A DNA stretch of 64,000 bases from an uncultured delta proteobacterium (GCA_963771465.1 CAVYTU010000013.1:32001-96000), one strand, 5' to 3'. Shown: positions 28,932-38,294, counted from the stretch's first letter. The notes: generated by a model not told the origin, from the letters alone. Numbers and translations: made by a program.

Positions 28932-29906
28932 CTAAGTGTCGAGCGTGGCGGCGGCGAAGATGTCGTTGGTCGACACTGACTTTCGGATCATGCCTTGATC
29001 GACGTTATATTTGATGAAGGTGTCGATGGTCGACTGGTTGGCTTTGATGCCATACTTCCACGGATCGCCCCAGGCGGCCATCTGTTGCTTCATGGCTTCG
29101 CGCAGGTAGACGACGGAAAAACCGCCACGATCGCTCAGGATATCGTCGTAGGCGAGCGCTTTGGCTTTTTCAAACGCTGCGTAGAACTTGGCCGCGAGCT
29201 CGGGCCGCTCGCGATCGAGTTTGCGGCTCATGACGATCATGTGCACCGGGGTGTAGATGGTGGTTTCGCGGTAAAGCTTTTGATCTTCATTTAAATAATC
29301 GGGAAAGAGACGCTTGATCTTGGGATGGTTTTCCAAATTCTCGAACATCTTGGTATCAGAGATATCGGTGATAATCGCGTCGAGCTCGCCGGCGATTAAC
29401 CGTTGCGACATATTTTTGTTCTCGTCGACGTAGTCGATTGTGACGCTGTTGTCGTGAACGGGAAAAACTTCCTTGGCTTGCAGCACCCAGTGAACTTTCG
29501 CAAAGTCTACGCCGTAGCGTTGTTTCAACAGCCCACGCGCCCAAATGGTCAGCGCGGTGCGGTAGGTGCGCGAGCCGATGCGCTTGCCGGCCAAATCCTT
29601 GGGCGCGTGAATGGCAGAATCCGCATGACAAAAAATCAACTGATAGGCGGGCTTGCGCTTGGAAAAAACCGGCAAGCCGATGATCTCCCAGCCGGCTTCG
29701 ATGGCCGGCAGGAAATAGCCGATGTTCAAATCCATCAGGCCGAAGTCGCCGGCCTTGAGCTTGGGATCTTCTTTGTTGATCATCGACGACGATTTCACCG
29801 GTTTCAACGTGACGCCGTCGATTGGCACGCGTCCTTCGAAAAGCGGCAGGGTGATGTCATAGCGCATCACCGAAAACTCGACTTCGATAGGCTGGTTTGT
29901 GCTCAT
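28932..29906 (-). CDS. 4,5-dihydroxyphthalate decarboxylase-like protein (SBP fold)
   Basis: YDITLPLFEGRV, LPVF, PKDLAGKRIG..TY.T.LTIW.RG.L and GDPWKYGIKAN motifs; no signal peptide. Confidence 0.75.
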   Translation of the reverse strand: MSTNQPIEVEFSVMRYDITLPLFEGRVPIDGVTLKPVKSSSMINKEDPKLKAGDFGLMDLNIGYFLPAIEAGWEIIGLPVFSKRKPAYQLIFCHADSAIHAPKDLAGKRIGSRTYRTALTIWARGLLKQRYGVDFAKVHWVLQAKEVFPVHDNSVTIDYVDENKNMSQRLIAGELDAIITDISDTKMFENLENHPKIKRLFPDYLNEDQKLYRETTIYTPVHMIVMSRKLDRERPELAAKFYAAFEKAKALAYDDILSDRGGFSVVYLREAMKQQMAAWGDPWKYGIKANQSTIDTFIKYNVDQGMIRKSVSTNDIFAAATLDT

Positions 29907-29963
29907 AGTTTTCTCATACATGTCGCGAAGGATTGTTGCTGTCAAGTGTTACGTCGTGGGCTT

Positions 29964-31106
29964 TCAGCGCAACCCGTGAGCCGCGAACTTTTGCGCGAGT
30001 TGTTGGCCTTGCCCATGCTGTTTGGAAAATAATCTTTTGATCTCCGCGTCGGACACTTGCGCCAGCGCCGGCGGATTCCACTTCGGGTTCTGATCTTTAT
30101 CGATCAAGCGCGCGCGCACGCCTTCGCGAAAATCCGATTGGGCGCAAAAATTGAGCGCCATGTCCCATTCGCGCAGAAAGATTTCGTCGAGTCGAAGGTG
30201 TTTGCCGCCGTTGAGTTGCTCGAAGAGCGCCCGCGCCGAGGTCGGCGAACCGGCGAGATAGCCGTGCGCGGCTTGCTGCATCCATGCGTCCTCGCCGACC
30301 GAGGCGCGCATGGCGTCGTCGATGGCGTTAAGGGTTGGTTGTAACGTAAGTTTTTTGACGCCGTCATGGTGTTTCATGACGGCGGAGTCGCTCAACGAAG
30401 TGGCTTCAGCAAATGTTGCCAAGTACGCGCGCAGGGTTTGTTTGTTCTCGGCGCCATTTGAACTCCAGCGGAGATCGGACAAGCCGGTGAGAATTTCCCC
30501 TTTCTTCGCCGCACCGATGTACAGGTCCGCCATGCCGATGGCGACGGCATCGATGCCGTTGAAGCGTGCTGAAGTCAAACCGAGAAATAGGCCGACGCCG
30601 TCGGGCATGCGATTCAAAAAGTAAGTTCCCCCGACGTCAGGAAATAGACCGATGGCGATCTCCGGCATCGCCATCCTCGTACGCTCGGTGACGACGCGGC
30701 AGGAGGCGCCGTTCATAATACCTATTCCTCCACCCATGGTGATGCCGTCGGCCCAGCATAGGATCGGCTTGGGATAAACATGGATCAGATAGTCGACGAA
30801 ATATTCGCGGGAAAAAAAATCCACGGCGGGTTGGATAGACGAACTGCTATCCAGAATGGCCACCAATGCTTTGACATCGCCGCCGGCGCAGAATGCTTTC
30901 TCCGAATCGGCATGGAGCACCACACAGGCGACGTCGGCGCGCTCACGCCACTCCATCAGCTTGTGCTCCAGAGCTTCGAACATCGCCAATGTCAGGGCGT
31001 TGAGCGCTCGCGGGTTATTCAGGGCAACGATGCCGACGACGTGGCCGCCAGCCCCTTGCTCGGTAAAGGTGAGTTCGTTACACATTTCAACCTCGGGGAG
31101 ATTCAT
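29964..31106 (-). CDS. Enoyl-CoA hydratase / 3-hydroxyisobutyryl-CoA hydrolase family
   Basis: [34 protein letters not shown] and [14 protein letters not shown] motifs. Confidence 0.9.
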   Translation of the reverse strand: MNLPEVEMCNELTFTEQGAGGHVVGIVALNNPRALNALTLAMFEALEHKLMEWRERADVACVVLHADSEKAFCAGGDVKALVAILDSSSSIQPAVDFFSREYFVDYLIHVYPKPILCWADGITMGGGIGIMNGASCRVVTERTRMAMPEIAIGLFPDVGGTYFLNRMPDGVGLFLGLTSARFNGIDAVAIGMADLYIGAAKKGEILTGLSDLRWSSNGAENKQTLRAYLATFAEATSLSDSAVMKHHDGVKKLTLQPTLNAIDDAMRASVGEDAWMQQAAHGYLAGSPTSARALFEQLNGGKHLRLDEIFLREWDMALNFCAQSDFREGVRARLIDKDQNPKWNPPALAQVSDAEIKRLFSKQHGQGQQLAQKFAAHGLR

Positions 31107-31222
31107 GGATCACGTCCTGATCGCCAAGGGCACAAAAATGTCAGAGCCGGACACTGAAGGTTCGCCGAGTTTGTTCGAAGTACGGTCGCATCGTTCTGGC
31201 GATGCCAGCCTATAGCATGAAA

Positions 31223-31235
31223 TATCAACAGCTTG
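31223..31235 (+). promoter_or_regulatory. IHF binding site
   Basis: TATCAACAGCTTG matches WATCAANNNNTTR exactly, about 30 bp upstream of a sigma-54 element. Confidence 0.65.
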
Positions 31236-31260
31236 GCCAATCATCAACGGCACGGACAAG

Positions 31261-31277
31261 TTGGCATATCAATTGCT
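31261..31277 (+). promoter_or_regulatory. Sigma-54 (-24/-12) promoter
   Basis: TTGGCATATCAATTGCT with GG at 31263-64 and GC at 31275-76, the canonical 12-bp offset. Confidence 0.75.
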
Positions 31278-31323
31278 CAACGACAATGAAGCGAGCGGCT
31301 AATTAACGACAGTGAGGGACAAT

Positions 31324-31524
31324 ATGGAAGCTATAGCGAGCAGTGACAGCTACGAGATTCACCACGAAAACGCGACTTATCAGGCGGTGGTTTGTCACCG
31401 TTGTGGCGCGAAAATGTTTCCCGCTGAATTGCTGGAAGCGCATATGGATCGTCATCAACTCAAAGACATGTACTTGGAAGGCGAACTGAAAAAACTTCAG
31501 TATTCCATGAATCGGATGCGTTAA
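31324..31524 (+). CDS. 66-aa protein with a classical C2H2 zinc finger and helical tail
   Basis: C-HR-C-GAKMFPAELLEA-H-MDR-H = C-x2-C-x12-H-x3-H; GAGGGA RBS. Alternative GTG start at 31312. Confidence 0.8.
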   Translation: MEAIASSDSYEIHHENATYQAVVCHRCGAKMFPAELLEAHMDRHQLKDMYLEGELKKLQYSMNRMR

Positions 31525-31527
31525 CGA

Positions 31528-31648
31528 TTTTGCCGGCGTGTCGCCGGTCAAACCGTGTTTCCCGAGCGCAGCGTGAGCACTCCTCCTCGGCTCACGTTTG
31601 CTGCATTACCCCCAGGGTGTCCCCTCTCCCCAAAGGGGACACCCTTTT
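31528..31648 (+). ncRNA. Candidate 3'UTR-derived sRNA: three hairpins, central loop with anti-SD motif
   Basis: CCGGCG/CGCCGG hairpin; CGTGAGC-[ACTCCTCCTCG]-GCTCACG; terminal 12-bp stem with CTCCCCAA loop. Confidence 0.5.
31614..31648 (+). terminator. Rho-independent terminator
   Basis: AGGGTGTCCCCT-ctccccaa-AGGGGACACCCT then TTT. Confidence 0.75.
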
Positions 31649-31847
31649 CCCCTTAAATTCGGCCAGTCTCTTTCCAGATCCAATCAGCATCGTGGTCATC
31701 CCGGTGCCACGAGCAGCGCCGCGTGTTCCTGCTTGTGAACATCCATGTTCTTTGAACGATTCTAATTCGAGCCATCGCAAGACTGCTCGCTTGTCGCCGC
31801 TGGTGAAATTGACAAGCGACCAATGCCTTGTTAACCAATGACGTTCG

Positions 31848-32897
31848 TTGGAGAAGACTTTGTACGCGGTTCGCATGCACGGCTACGGCGGTATCGAGCA
31901 ACTTTTTTTTGAAGAGGCCGATCAACCTACCATCGCAGAACCCACTGATGTGATCGTCAAGCTGAAAGCGGCGGCGATCAATCATATCGATATTTGGAAC
32001 CGGCTCGGTCAGACCGGCCATATCTTCGAAATGCCGCATATCCTCGGCGCAGACGGAGCTGGAGTCGTCGTCGAAGTGGGCTCAAAGGTGCGTCATTTGA
32101 GATCCGGCGACGCCGTTTGTCTCTATCCGCCCACCGGCTGCGGCGAATGCGAATTTTGCCTCGGTGGCAATGACTGGATGTGCATTCGTCTGCGCGTGCT
32201 CGGCGAGCGGATGGAAGGAACCTACGCGGAATTTGTCCGCTTGCCAGCTGAGAACTGTTTCGCCATTCCACCGGGATATACCTTCGCAGAAGCTGCAGCG
32301 TTTCCGCTAGTGTTCGTTACGCTGTGGCGCATGCTCATCACCAACGGCAAATTGCAGCCCGGTGAAACCGTGCTCATCATCGGCGTCGGCGGCGGCGTGG
32401 CGAGCGCATCGCTGCAAGTCGCCAAGAAACTCGGCGCGCGCGTCATCGTCACGTCGAGCAGCGATGAAAAACTCGCGCGGGCTGAAAAACTTGGAGCGGA
32501 TTTCACCATCAATCATCGTAAACAGGATTTCGCCGACGCGGTTCACCAGCTGACTCAGCAGCGCGGTGTCGATATGGTCGTGGATTGCGTCGGCGGTGAA
32601 GTGTGGCGCAAAAGCTTGGCGTCGCTGGCGCGCGGCGGGCGCCTCGTGACCTGCGGCGCCACGGCGGGGGGGCAGCCCGACGACGACATCGCGGCGATCT
32701 TTTCCAAGCATTTAAAAATTTATGGTTCGACCCTTGGCAGCCGCGGGGAGTTTCGCCAGCTCGTGAATTTTCTCACCATCGCGCAAATCAAGCCGATCAT
32801 CGACAGCGTCTTCCCGCTGCGTGACGCGGCGGCGGCGCAGCATCGCGTTGAAACGGCCCAACAGTTTGGCAAAGTTGTGCTCGAGATTTCGGATTGA
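31848..32897 (+). CDS. Zinc-binding MDR family dehydrogenase / quinone oxidoreductase-like
   Basis: PHILGADGAG, structural Zn CGECEFC..C, IGVGGGV and QQFGKVVL motifs. Confidence 0.88.
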   Translation: MEKTLYAVRMHGYGGIEQLFFEEADQPTIAEPTDVIVKLKAAAINHIDIWNRLGQTGHIFEMPHILGADGAGVVVEVGSKVRHLRSGDAVCLYPPTGCGECEFCLGGNDWMCIRLRVLGERMEGTYAEFVRLPAENCFAIPPGYTFAEAAAFPLVFVTLWRMLITNGKLQPGETVLIIGVGGGVASASLQVAKKLGARVIVTSSSDEKLARAEKLGADFTINHRKQDFADAVHQLTQQRGVDMVVDCVGGEVWRKSLASLARGGRLVTCGATAGGQPDDDIAAIFSKHLKIYGSTLGSRGEFRQLVNFLTIAQIKPIIDSVFPLRDAAAAQHRVETAQQFGKVVLEISD

Positions 32898-32923
32898 AAC
32901 TGCTGCTGCGTGCCGTTTCGTAG

Positions 32924-32958
32924 CTGTCAATTGCTTAAATAGTTCAAACCATTCAATA
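32924..32958. repeat. Degenerate 9-bp GTTCAA repeat
   Basis: ctgtcaat tgcttaaat agttcaaac cattcaat. Confidence 0.5.
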
Positions 32959-33015
32959 TCTCTGGGTCAGATCCATCGCGGCTCGCTGCTATCCGTTTAT
33001 TTCCATTCCGAAGTC

Positions 33016-33090
33016 CGTCATTCCCGCATGCTTTAAGCGGGAATCCAGGGGAGCGGCCTGGACCCCCGATAAAAACATTCGGGGGTGACG
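33016..33090. repeat. REP-like palindrome, GTCATTCCCGC...GCGGGAATCCAG family
   Basis: cgtcattcccgcatgctttaagcgggaatccag...ctggacccccgat...tcgggggtgacg between convergent genes; 23-bp partial copy at 59173. Confidence 0.8.
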
Positions 33091-33171
33091 CCGTTGTGAC
33101 AAGTTTCATCGCCTGATAGCGCGCAGCTTGCTGAGCAATTATTTAAATTATTGGCAAAGCAGTTCGAACAC

Positions 33172-34152
33172 TCATCCAAGTAATTTGCGCCGATTCAGCG
33201 CTTCGGCGCAGGCTTCGAGTGTGGCGAGCTGGTCGTTGGCGGCGAAGCGCAGCACCACAGTGCGTGCCCCGGCTGCGGCATATTTCTCCATCCAATCGAT
33301 CACTTCATCCCACGAGCCGGTGACGCAGAGCATGGCGTTGGCGACGGCCTCGTAGGACCGGCTGTAATATTGAGCGAGGAATTGCTGGCCTTCGACGACG
33401 GCGTCTTTGCCGCCGGCGGCCAGGGTGAAGTAGATGCCGGGATGAATTGATTCGGGATCGCGTCCGGCGTCGGCGGCGTAAGCGCGAATCTTCTGCCAGC
33501 ATTCGCCATAAACGTCCGGCGACTTGATGTTGTTGATCCAGGCGTCGGCGAGCCGGGCGACACGCTTGAGCCCAGGTTCGACATTGTTCGATGCCAGCCA
33601 GATCGGTACGCCGCCCGCTTGCGCGGGCTTGGGCTCGATGGTGACATGTTCGAAGCGCGTAAACTTGCCTTCATACGAAACGTCATTCTCGCGCCAAAGC
33701 CGGCGCATGACGTGGACGATCTCTTCGCTCATCTTCATGCGCGCGCTGGGATTCAATCCTAAAACTTCGAACTCATGCTCCGAAGCTGGTTCTTTTGGCC
33801 GTCCGTAGCCGACACCGAGATCGGCGCGACCGCTGGTTAGCCAGTCGAGGCTGGCGAGTTGGTAGGCGAGCAAGATCGGATTGCGCAGCGCGGCGAGAAA
33901 GATCGCCGTGCCCAAACGCACGCGCTGGGTCCGCGCGCCGACGGCGGCGAGGGTGGTGAGCGCGTCGATACGCGGCCGCGCCGTCAAACTGTCGCCGACC
34001 CAGACGGAGTGAAAGCCCAACGACTCAGCGAGCTCGGCGATTTGATAGAGAGTCGACGGATCGGCGCGGCCCGACATGATCGCCTCGCGGGTGGGAAGAA
34101 GGATGCCGAAGTTTATTTTTGCAATATTCATGTTGCTACTCTCAGAGAACAA
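33172..34152 (-). CDS. LLM class flavin-dependent oxidoreductase
   Basis: AESLGFHSVWVGDS, RVRLGTA, SGRADLGVG and PKPAQ..VPIW motifs. Confidence 0.88.
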   Translation of the reverse strand: MFSESSNMNIAKINFGILLPTREAIMSGRADPSTLYQIAELAESLGFHSVWVGDSLTARPRIDALTTLAAVGARTQRVRLGTAIFLAALRNPILLAYQLASLDWLTSGRADLGVGYGRPKEPASEHEFEVLGLNPSARMKMSEEIVHVMRRLWRENDVSYEGKFTRFEHVTIEPKPAQAGGVPIWLASNNVEPGLKRVARLADAWINNIKSPDVYGECWQKIRAYAADAGRDPESIHPGIYFTLAAGGKDAVVEGQQFLAQYYSRSYEAVANAMLCVTGSWDEVIDWMEKYAAAGARTVVLRFAANDQLATLEACAEALNRRKLLG

Positions 34153-34183
34153 GTCCCTGAGCGTTGGTCGCCGCTACCTTCAT

Positions 34184-34639
34184 TTATTTATTGTCTCCAC
34201 TGCGGATTAATCGCGCGACATCGTACTCCATGATAGTTTCGCCGCGTTGGTTTTTGACCCATTGGCGGTAGCGCACGATGCCGCCGCCGCGAGCGGGCAC
34301 GGCTTTAGTGTCCAAGACTTTGATTTCGACCTGGATGGTGTCGTTGACTTTCACCGGGCCGAACAGACGCATCTTATCCAGTCCGGCAAACGCCATTCCC
34401 GTACCATGAATCAGTCCGGTCTGCACGGTCAGGCCTTCGGCCATGCCGAATGTCAGACTACCCGGCGCGATGCGCTCGCCGTACAAACTTTCTTTGCGGA
34501 TGTATTCCATGTCCAAGAACAGCGGCTCGGTGAGTCCCACCAAGTTTACGAATGTCAGAATGTCGTGTTCGGTGATCGTGCGCCGGCCGGTTTCATATTT
34601 CTCGCCGGCATGGAACTCTTCAAAAGTTTTGCCCTTCAT
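34184..34639 (-). CDS. MaoC/hot-dog fold dehydratase
   Basis: RTITEHDILTF, YGERIAPG and PVKVNDTI motifs. ATG 34639 overlaps the upstream stop. Confidence 0.87.
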   Translation of the reverse strand: MKGKTFEEFHAGEKYETGRRTITEHDILTFVNLVGLTEPLFLDMEYIRKESLYGERIAPGSLTFGMAEGLTVQTGLIHGTGMAFAGLDKMRLFGPVKVNDTIQVEIKVLDTKAVPARGGGIVRYRQWVKNQRGETIMEYDVARLIRSGDNK

Positions 34640-35838
34640 ATCACGCTCTTTTTCCTGAGTTGATCGATCGCTTCGGATTGCATGCCAAGCCACGAAGACA
34701 AGACATCGTCATTGTGCTCGCCGAGCAACGGCGGCGGCAAGCGCACCGATGCCGGCGTTGCGGAAAATTTGACCGGGATACCGGCCATGCGAATCTTCCC
34801 CACAGTCGGATGATCGACTTCGACCAGCATGTTTCGGTGCAGCACCTGCGGCGCGGCGAAAACTTGATCGATGGTTTGCACCGGCGCACAGGGAACGTTT
34901 GCTTGGTTGAGCGCTGTTACCCAATGCTCCGTCGTCTGCGTCATGAAGATTGCAGAGAGAATAGCGATCAGCTCTTGGCGGTTCGCCACCCGATCGGCAT
35001 TCTTGGCGAAGCGCGGATCGTCGGCGAGCTCGGCGCGCTTGAGAGCCGGACAAAGCCGTTTCCAAATCGACTCGCTGGCGGCGCCGAGCACCAAGAAACT
35101 GTCGGCGGTTTGAAAGCTTTGATACGGCACGATCGTCGGATGCGCGTTGCCCCAACGGCCGGGAACCTTGCCACCGATGAGATAATTGCTGCCGGCGTTG
35201 ATCAGCGTGGCGACTTCAGCTTCGAGCAGTGAGGTGTCGATCTTTTGCCCAACGCCGATTTTTTCGCGGGCGTAGAGCGCGGCAACGATCGCCTTTCCCA
35301 GCATCAAGCCGGCGACTAGATCGATGATCGCGACGCCGACTTTCAGCGGTCCACTCTCGTTCGTACCGGTGATGCTCATCAAGCCGCCCCAGGCTTGCAC
35401 ATTCAGATCGTAGCCGGGAATGTCCGCCATCGGCCCGTCGGCGCCGAATCCCGACAGCGAGGCGTAAACAAGTCTCGAATTCCCTGCGCGCAGTTCCTTT
35501 TCTCCGAGACCCAAACGATCCATCGCGCCCGGGCGAAAGTTTTCGATCAAGACATCGGCTTGCCCAGCCAATTGCTTTATCAAGGCGATGCCGTCGGCTG
35601 ACTTGAGATCGACGGTGAGGCTCTTCTTGTTGCGATTGGTGCAAAGGAAATAAGCGCTCTCGCCGCCGGCAAACGGCGGCCCCCAGCCGCGTGTGTCGTC
35701 GCCGACGCCGGGCTGTTCGACTTTGACGACCTCGGCACCGAGATCGCCGAGAAACATCGTGCAGTACGGCCCGGCGAGGACACGGGTCAAGTCGAGAACG
35801 CGGATGCCGTCGAGGGCGCCGTTATTCGCTTCACTCAT
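34636..35838 (-). CDS. CoA transferase family III (CaiB/BaiF)
   Basis: LDGIRVLDLTRVLAGP, NRNKKSL, ENFRPG, GYD and PPPLLGEH motifs. Confidence 0.93.
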   Translation of the reverse strand: MSEANNGALDGIRVLDLTRVLAGPYCTMFLGDLGAEVVKVEQPGVGDDTRGWGPPFAGGESAYFLCTNRNKKSLTVDLKSADGIALIKQLAGQADVLIENFRPGAMDRLGLGEKELRAGNSRLVYASLSGFGADGPMADIPGYDLNVQAWGGLMSITGTNESGPLKVGVAIIDLVAGLMLGKAIVAALYAREKIGVGQKIDTSLLEAEVATLINAGSNYLIGGKVPGRWGNAHPTIVPYQSFQTADSFLVLGAASESIWKRLCPALKRAELADDPRFAKNADRVANRQELIAILSAIFMTQTTEHWVTALNQANVPCAPVQTIDQVFAAPQVLHRNMLVEVDHPTVGKIRMAGIPVKFSATPASVRLPPPLLGEHNDDVLSSWLGMQSEAIDQLRKKSVI

Positions 35839-35839
35839 G

Positions 35840-35941
35840 GTTCAAACCGTTCAATCCTCCGGCTTTCGCAGGGGTCCGTTCAAGCCGTTCAATTCGTTGA
35901 ACACTACACTAACCTCTCCCGCAAGCGGTCGACGGAAGAGG
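35840..35941. repeat. 9-bp GTTCAA repeats followed by a degenerate CCTCTCCCGC-type REP hairpin
   Basis: gttcaaacc gttcaatcc ... ccgttcaag ccgttcaat tcgttgaac; cctctcccgcaagcgg...gaagagg. Confidence 0.7.
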
Positions 35942-35945
35942 TCGT

Positions 35946-36326
35946 TCATTTAAACTCGATGCCTTTGGTTTTGAGAATTTCATCCAGAGTTTCCACGCCT
36001 AGCCACAGACCGGGCATGCCGCCGGGGATCGCCGCGACTTCAACGGCTTCGAGAACTTCTCGGGGCGCCGCGCCCAGGGTGAGCGCTCGTTCGCTGTGCA
36101 GCTTCACACCGCGCGGACGATTGAGCGCGCAGCAGATGCCGACCATGATCAGCTCTTTGGTCTTGCGCGGCAGTGCGCCTTCGCGGCCGAAGGTGGCGTC
36201 GACGTAGATGCCTTTGAGCTTTTCAAAATACTCGGGATCGAGCTTGGCGATAATGTCGTAGGCTTTGTTTTGCGCGCCGAGCGCGGTTTTCTCGAAGGCA
36301 TCTTTGGATTCGTTCGCCATGGCCAT
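35946..36326 (-). CDS. Carboxymuconolactone decarboxylase (CMD/AhpD) family protein
   Basis: GALPRKTKELI and LHSERALTLGAAPREVLEA motifs. Confidence 0.85.
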   Translation of the reverse strand: MAMANESKDAFEKTALGAQNKAYDIIAKLDPEYFEKLKGIYVDATFGREGALPRKTKELIMVGICCALNRPRGVKLHSERALTLGAAPREVLEAVEVAAIPGGMPGLWLGVETLDEILKTKGIEFK

Positions 36327-36445
36327 TCCTTTCAGAGTGCTGATATGAAAGCGTCGAGTGCTGCGACCGTAAGTTCAATGTTTCTTGGTTTGCGATCTAT
36401 ACGTAGTTCCAGTTCCGTCGCATTCGCTCGGGACAAGCTTTGCGG

Positions 36446-38128
36446 CTAATCCTTCCTCGTATTCTGACTGATGACTACGTCGACAAGCGCCGGACCGTTT
36501 TGCTCTAAAGCGCGTTTGAGCGCTGGCTCGATGGCGTCAGGATGTTCGACGCGCTCGCCGAAGATACCGAAGGTTTCGGCCAGCCTGGCGAAGTTGATTT
36601 CCGGGCCGGAAATTTCGGCGCCCATTTCGGCGGCGATTCTAATTCGTTCTTCCGATCCGCGGAACTGATTTTTCACCGCCATATAAGCTCGGTTGTTGAA
36701 CACGATGACGACCAGAGGAATGCGATATTTGGCCAGGGTCCAAAGTCCCTGCAGACCGAACATCGTGCTGCCGTCGCCGAGACACGCGACGACGCGGCGT
36801 TTGGGCGATGCGAGTTTGGCACCGATCGCCGCGCCCAATCCCCAGCCCAAGTAACCGCCGGATGAGTTCGAGAAATATTCTCGCCCCGGAGAGAACTGAA
36901 AGTTCGCCATCAAGATATCTTTGCTGGTCGGGCTCTCGTTGACGATCAAGGCGTTTTTTTCGACGAGCTTGTCCATTGTCCGTGCCAGGCGTGCTGCGTT
37001 GATCGGCGTGGCGTTCCAACCTTGGCTGACGCGACTTTCAATTTCCGCGTTGGCTTGTTGCTTGGCTTTGCGGATGCATTCCATGCGCTCAGTCTTAATT
37101 TCCATTGTCGGCTCGACTTTCGAATAGCATTCGATCAGTGACTTGAGCGCGCTTTTGGCGTCAGCGACGACGCCGATATCGACGGGAAAAACTTTGCCGA
37201 TCTCCCAGGGATCTTCTTCGATGTGGATGATCTTCGTGGCCGGCTTGATGACGGGCTCGGGGATGTAACGATATTCACGGATCAAGCGGCAGCCGATGGC
37301 AACGATGACATCCGGCTCGCCCCATTCGGGTAAATCGAATGACGGTTGCCGTTCGGCAATTTGAAAACTTTGCGGGTGCGTGGTTGGAAAAGACAGAAAC
37401 GAATAGCGCGGTTCCATGACGACCGGTGCCGCGACCATTTCGGCGAGCTTAACCAATTCTTCCGCCGCGCCGCACCTCGCGATGGCGCTGCCGGCGACGA
37501 TCAGCGGCCGCTTCGCTTCGGCGAGCAGTCTGACTGCATCTGCGAACGCTTCGGGATCGCCGGCGATGCGCGGCGAAACTCGCGAACGTTCCGCTTCAGG
37601 ATTCGCCACGGAAATTGGCTCGCCGAGAAGATTGCTGGGCAGCGCGAGATAGACCGGTCCGGTCGGCGCGGACGACGCGACTTTGAAGGCGCGGTTCAAA
37701 TACTCCGGGATGCGATCGGCGCGGTGAACCTCAGCGCTCCATTTGGTGAACTGCTTGGTCATCTCGACGAGATTTTTTCCCTCGGTATGGGAGTCTCGGC
37801 CGTCGATGCGAGTGTCGACATTGGTCGACGTCACGATCACCGGCGAGCGATCGCGATAGGCATCATAAAGCGCGCCCACCGAGTTGGCCGATCCCGGCAA
37901 GGTGCTCACTTGTGCGAGCTGCGGCCGGCCGGTGACGCGCGCATGGCCGTCGGCCATTGAGACGACGCACGTCTCGTGCATCGCCAGAATGAAACGGATT
38001 TTTTCCTGGTCGGCGATGGTGCCGATAAATTCCTGGCCGCTGGTTCCCGGCAAACCGAAAACATACTCGACGCCGTGAGCGGCGGCGACTTCCAAGTAGG
38101 CTTGGGAAGCGATTCTTGCTTCAGCCAT
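36446..38128 (-). CDS. Thiamine-diphosphate-dependent enzyme (benzoylformate decarboxylase-like)
   Basis: VFGLPGT, MHE, MADGHAR, GGYLGWGL and GDGS...NN ThDP motif. Confidence 0.9.
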   Translation of the reverse strand: MAEARIASQAYLEVAAAHGVEYVFGLPGTSGQEFIGTIADQEKIRFILAMHETCVVSMADGHARVTGRPQLAQVSTLPGSANSVGALYDAYRDRSPVIVTSTNVDTRIDGRDSHTEGKNLVEMTKQFTKWSAEVHRADRIPEYLNRAFKVASSAPTGPVYLALPSNLLGEPISVANPEAERSRVSPRIAGDPEAFADAVRLLAEAKRPLIVAGSAIARCGAAEELVKLAEMVAAPVVMEPRYSFLSFPTTHPQSFQIAERQPSFDLPEWGEPDVIVAIGCRLIREYRYIPEPVIKPATKIIHIEEDPWEIGKVFPVDIGVVADAKSALKSLIECYSKVEPTMEIKTERMECIRKAKQQANAEIESRVSQGWNATPINAARLARTMDKLVEKNALIVNESPTSKDILMANFQFSPGREYFSNSSGGYLGWGLGAAIGAKLASPKRRVVACLGDGSTMFGLQGLWTLAKYRIPLVVIVFNNRAYMAVKNQFRGSEERIRIAAEMGAEISGPEINFARLAETFGIFGERVEHPDAIEPALKRALEQNGPALVDVVISQNTRKD

Positions 38129-38143
38129 TATGACGATAACTCC

Positions 38144-38290
38144 TCATTGATATAATCGATCGATGAAACCGCTATTATCAAGTTCTTTTAGCAGACTTGA
38201 ATTGATAAATCGCTTCGGCTGAGCCTTCGCGGCCTCTGGCCTTTCTTTCGCCGCGAGATCGAGCAGCGCTTTGAGCCCCACTTCGCCTTT
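38144..38290 (-). pseudogene. C-terminal remnant of an NMT1/SsuA-like SBP
   Basis: Manual translation ...GLKALLDLAAKERPEAAKAQPKRFINSSLLKELDNSGFIDRLYQ* parallels the tails of the SBPs at 39339, 42527 and 47744. Confidence 0.75.
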
Positions 38291-38294
38291 CGCC

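Noticed and set aside
36327-36445. Open stretch on the minus strand (...ELRIDRKPRNIELTVAALDAFISAL*)
   Set aside because: It has no start codon or recognisable homology. It may be a remnant but I cannot support that.
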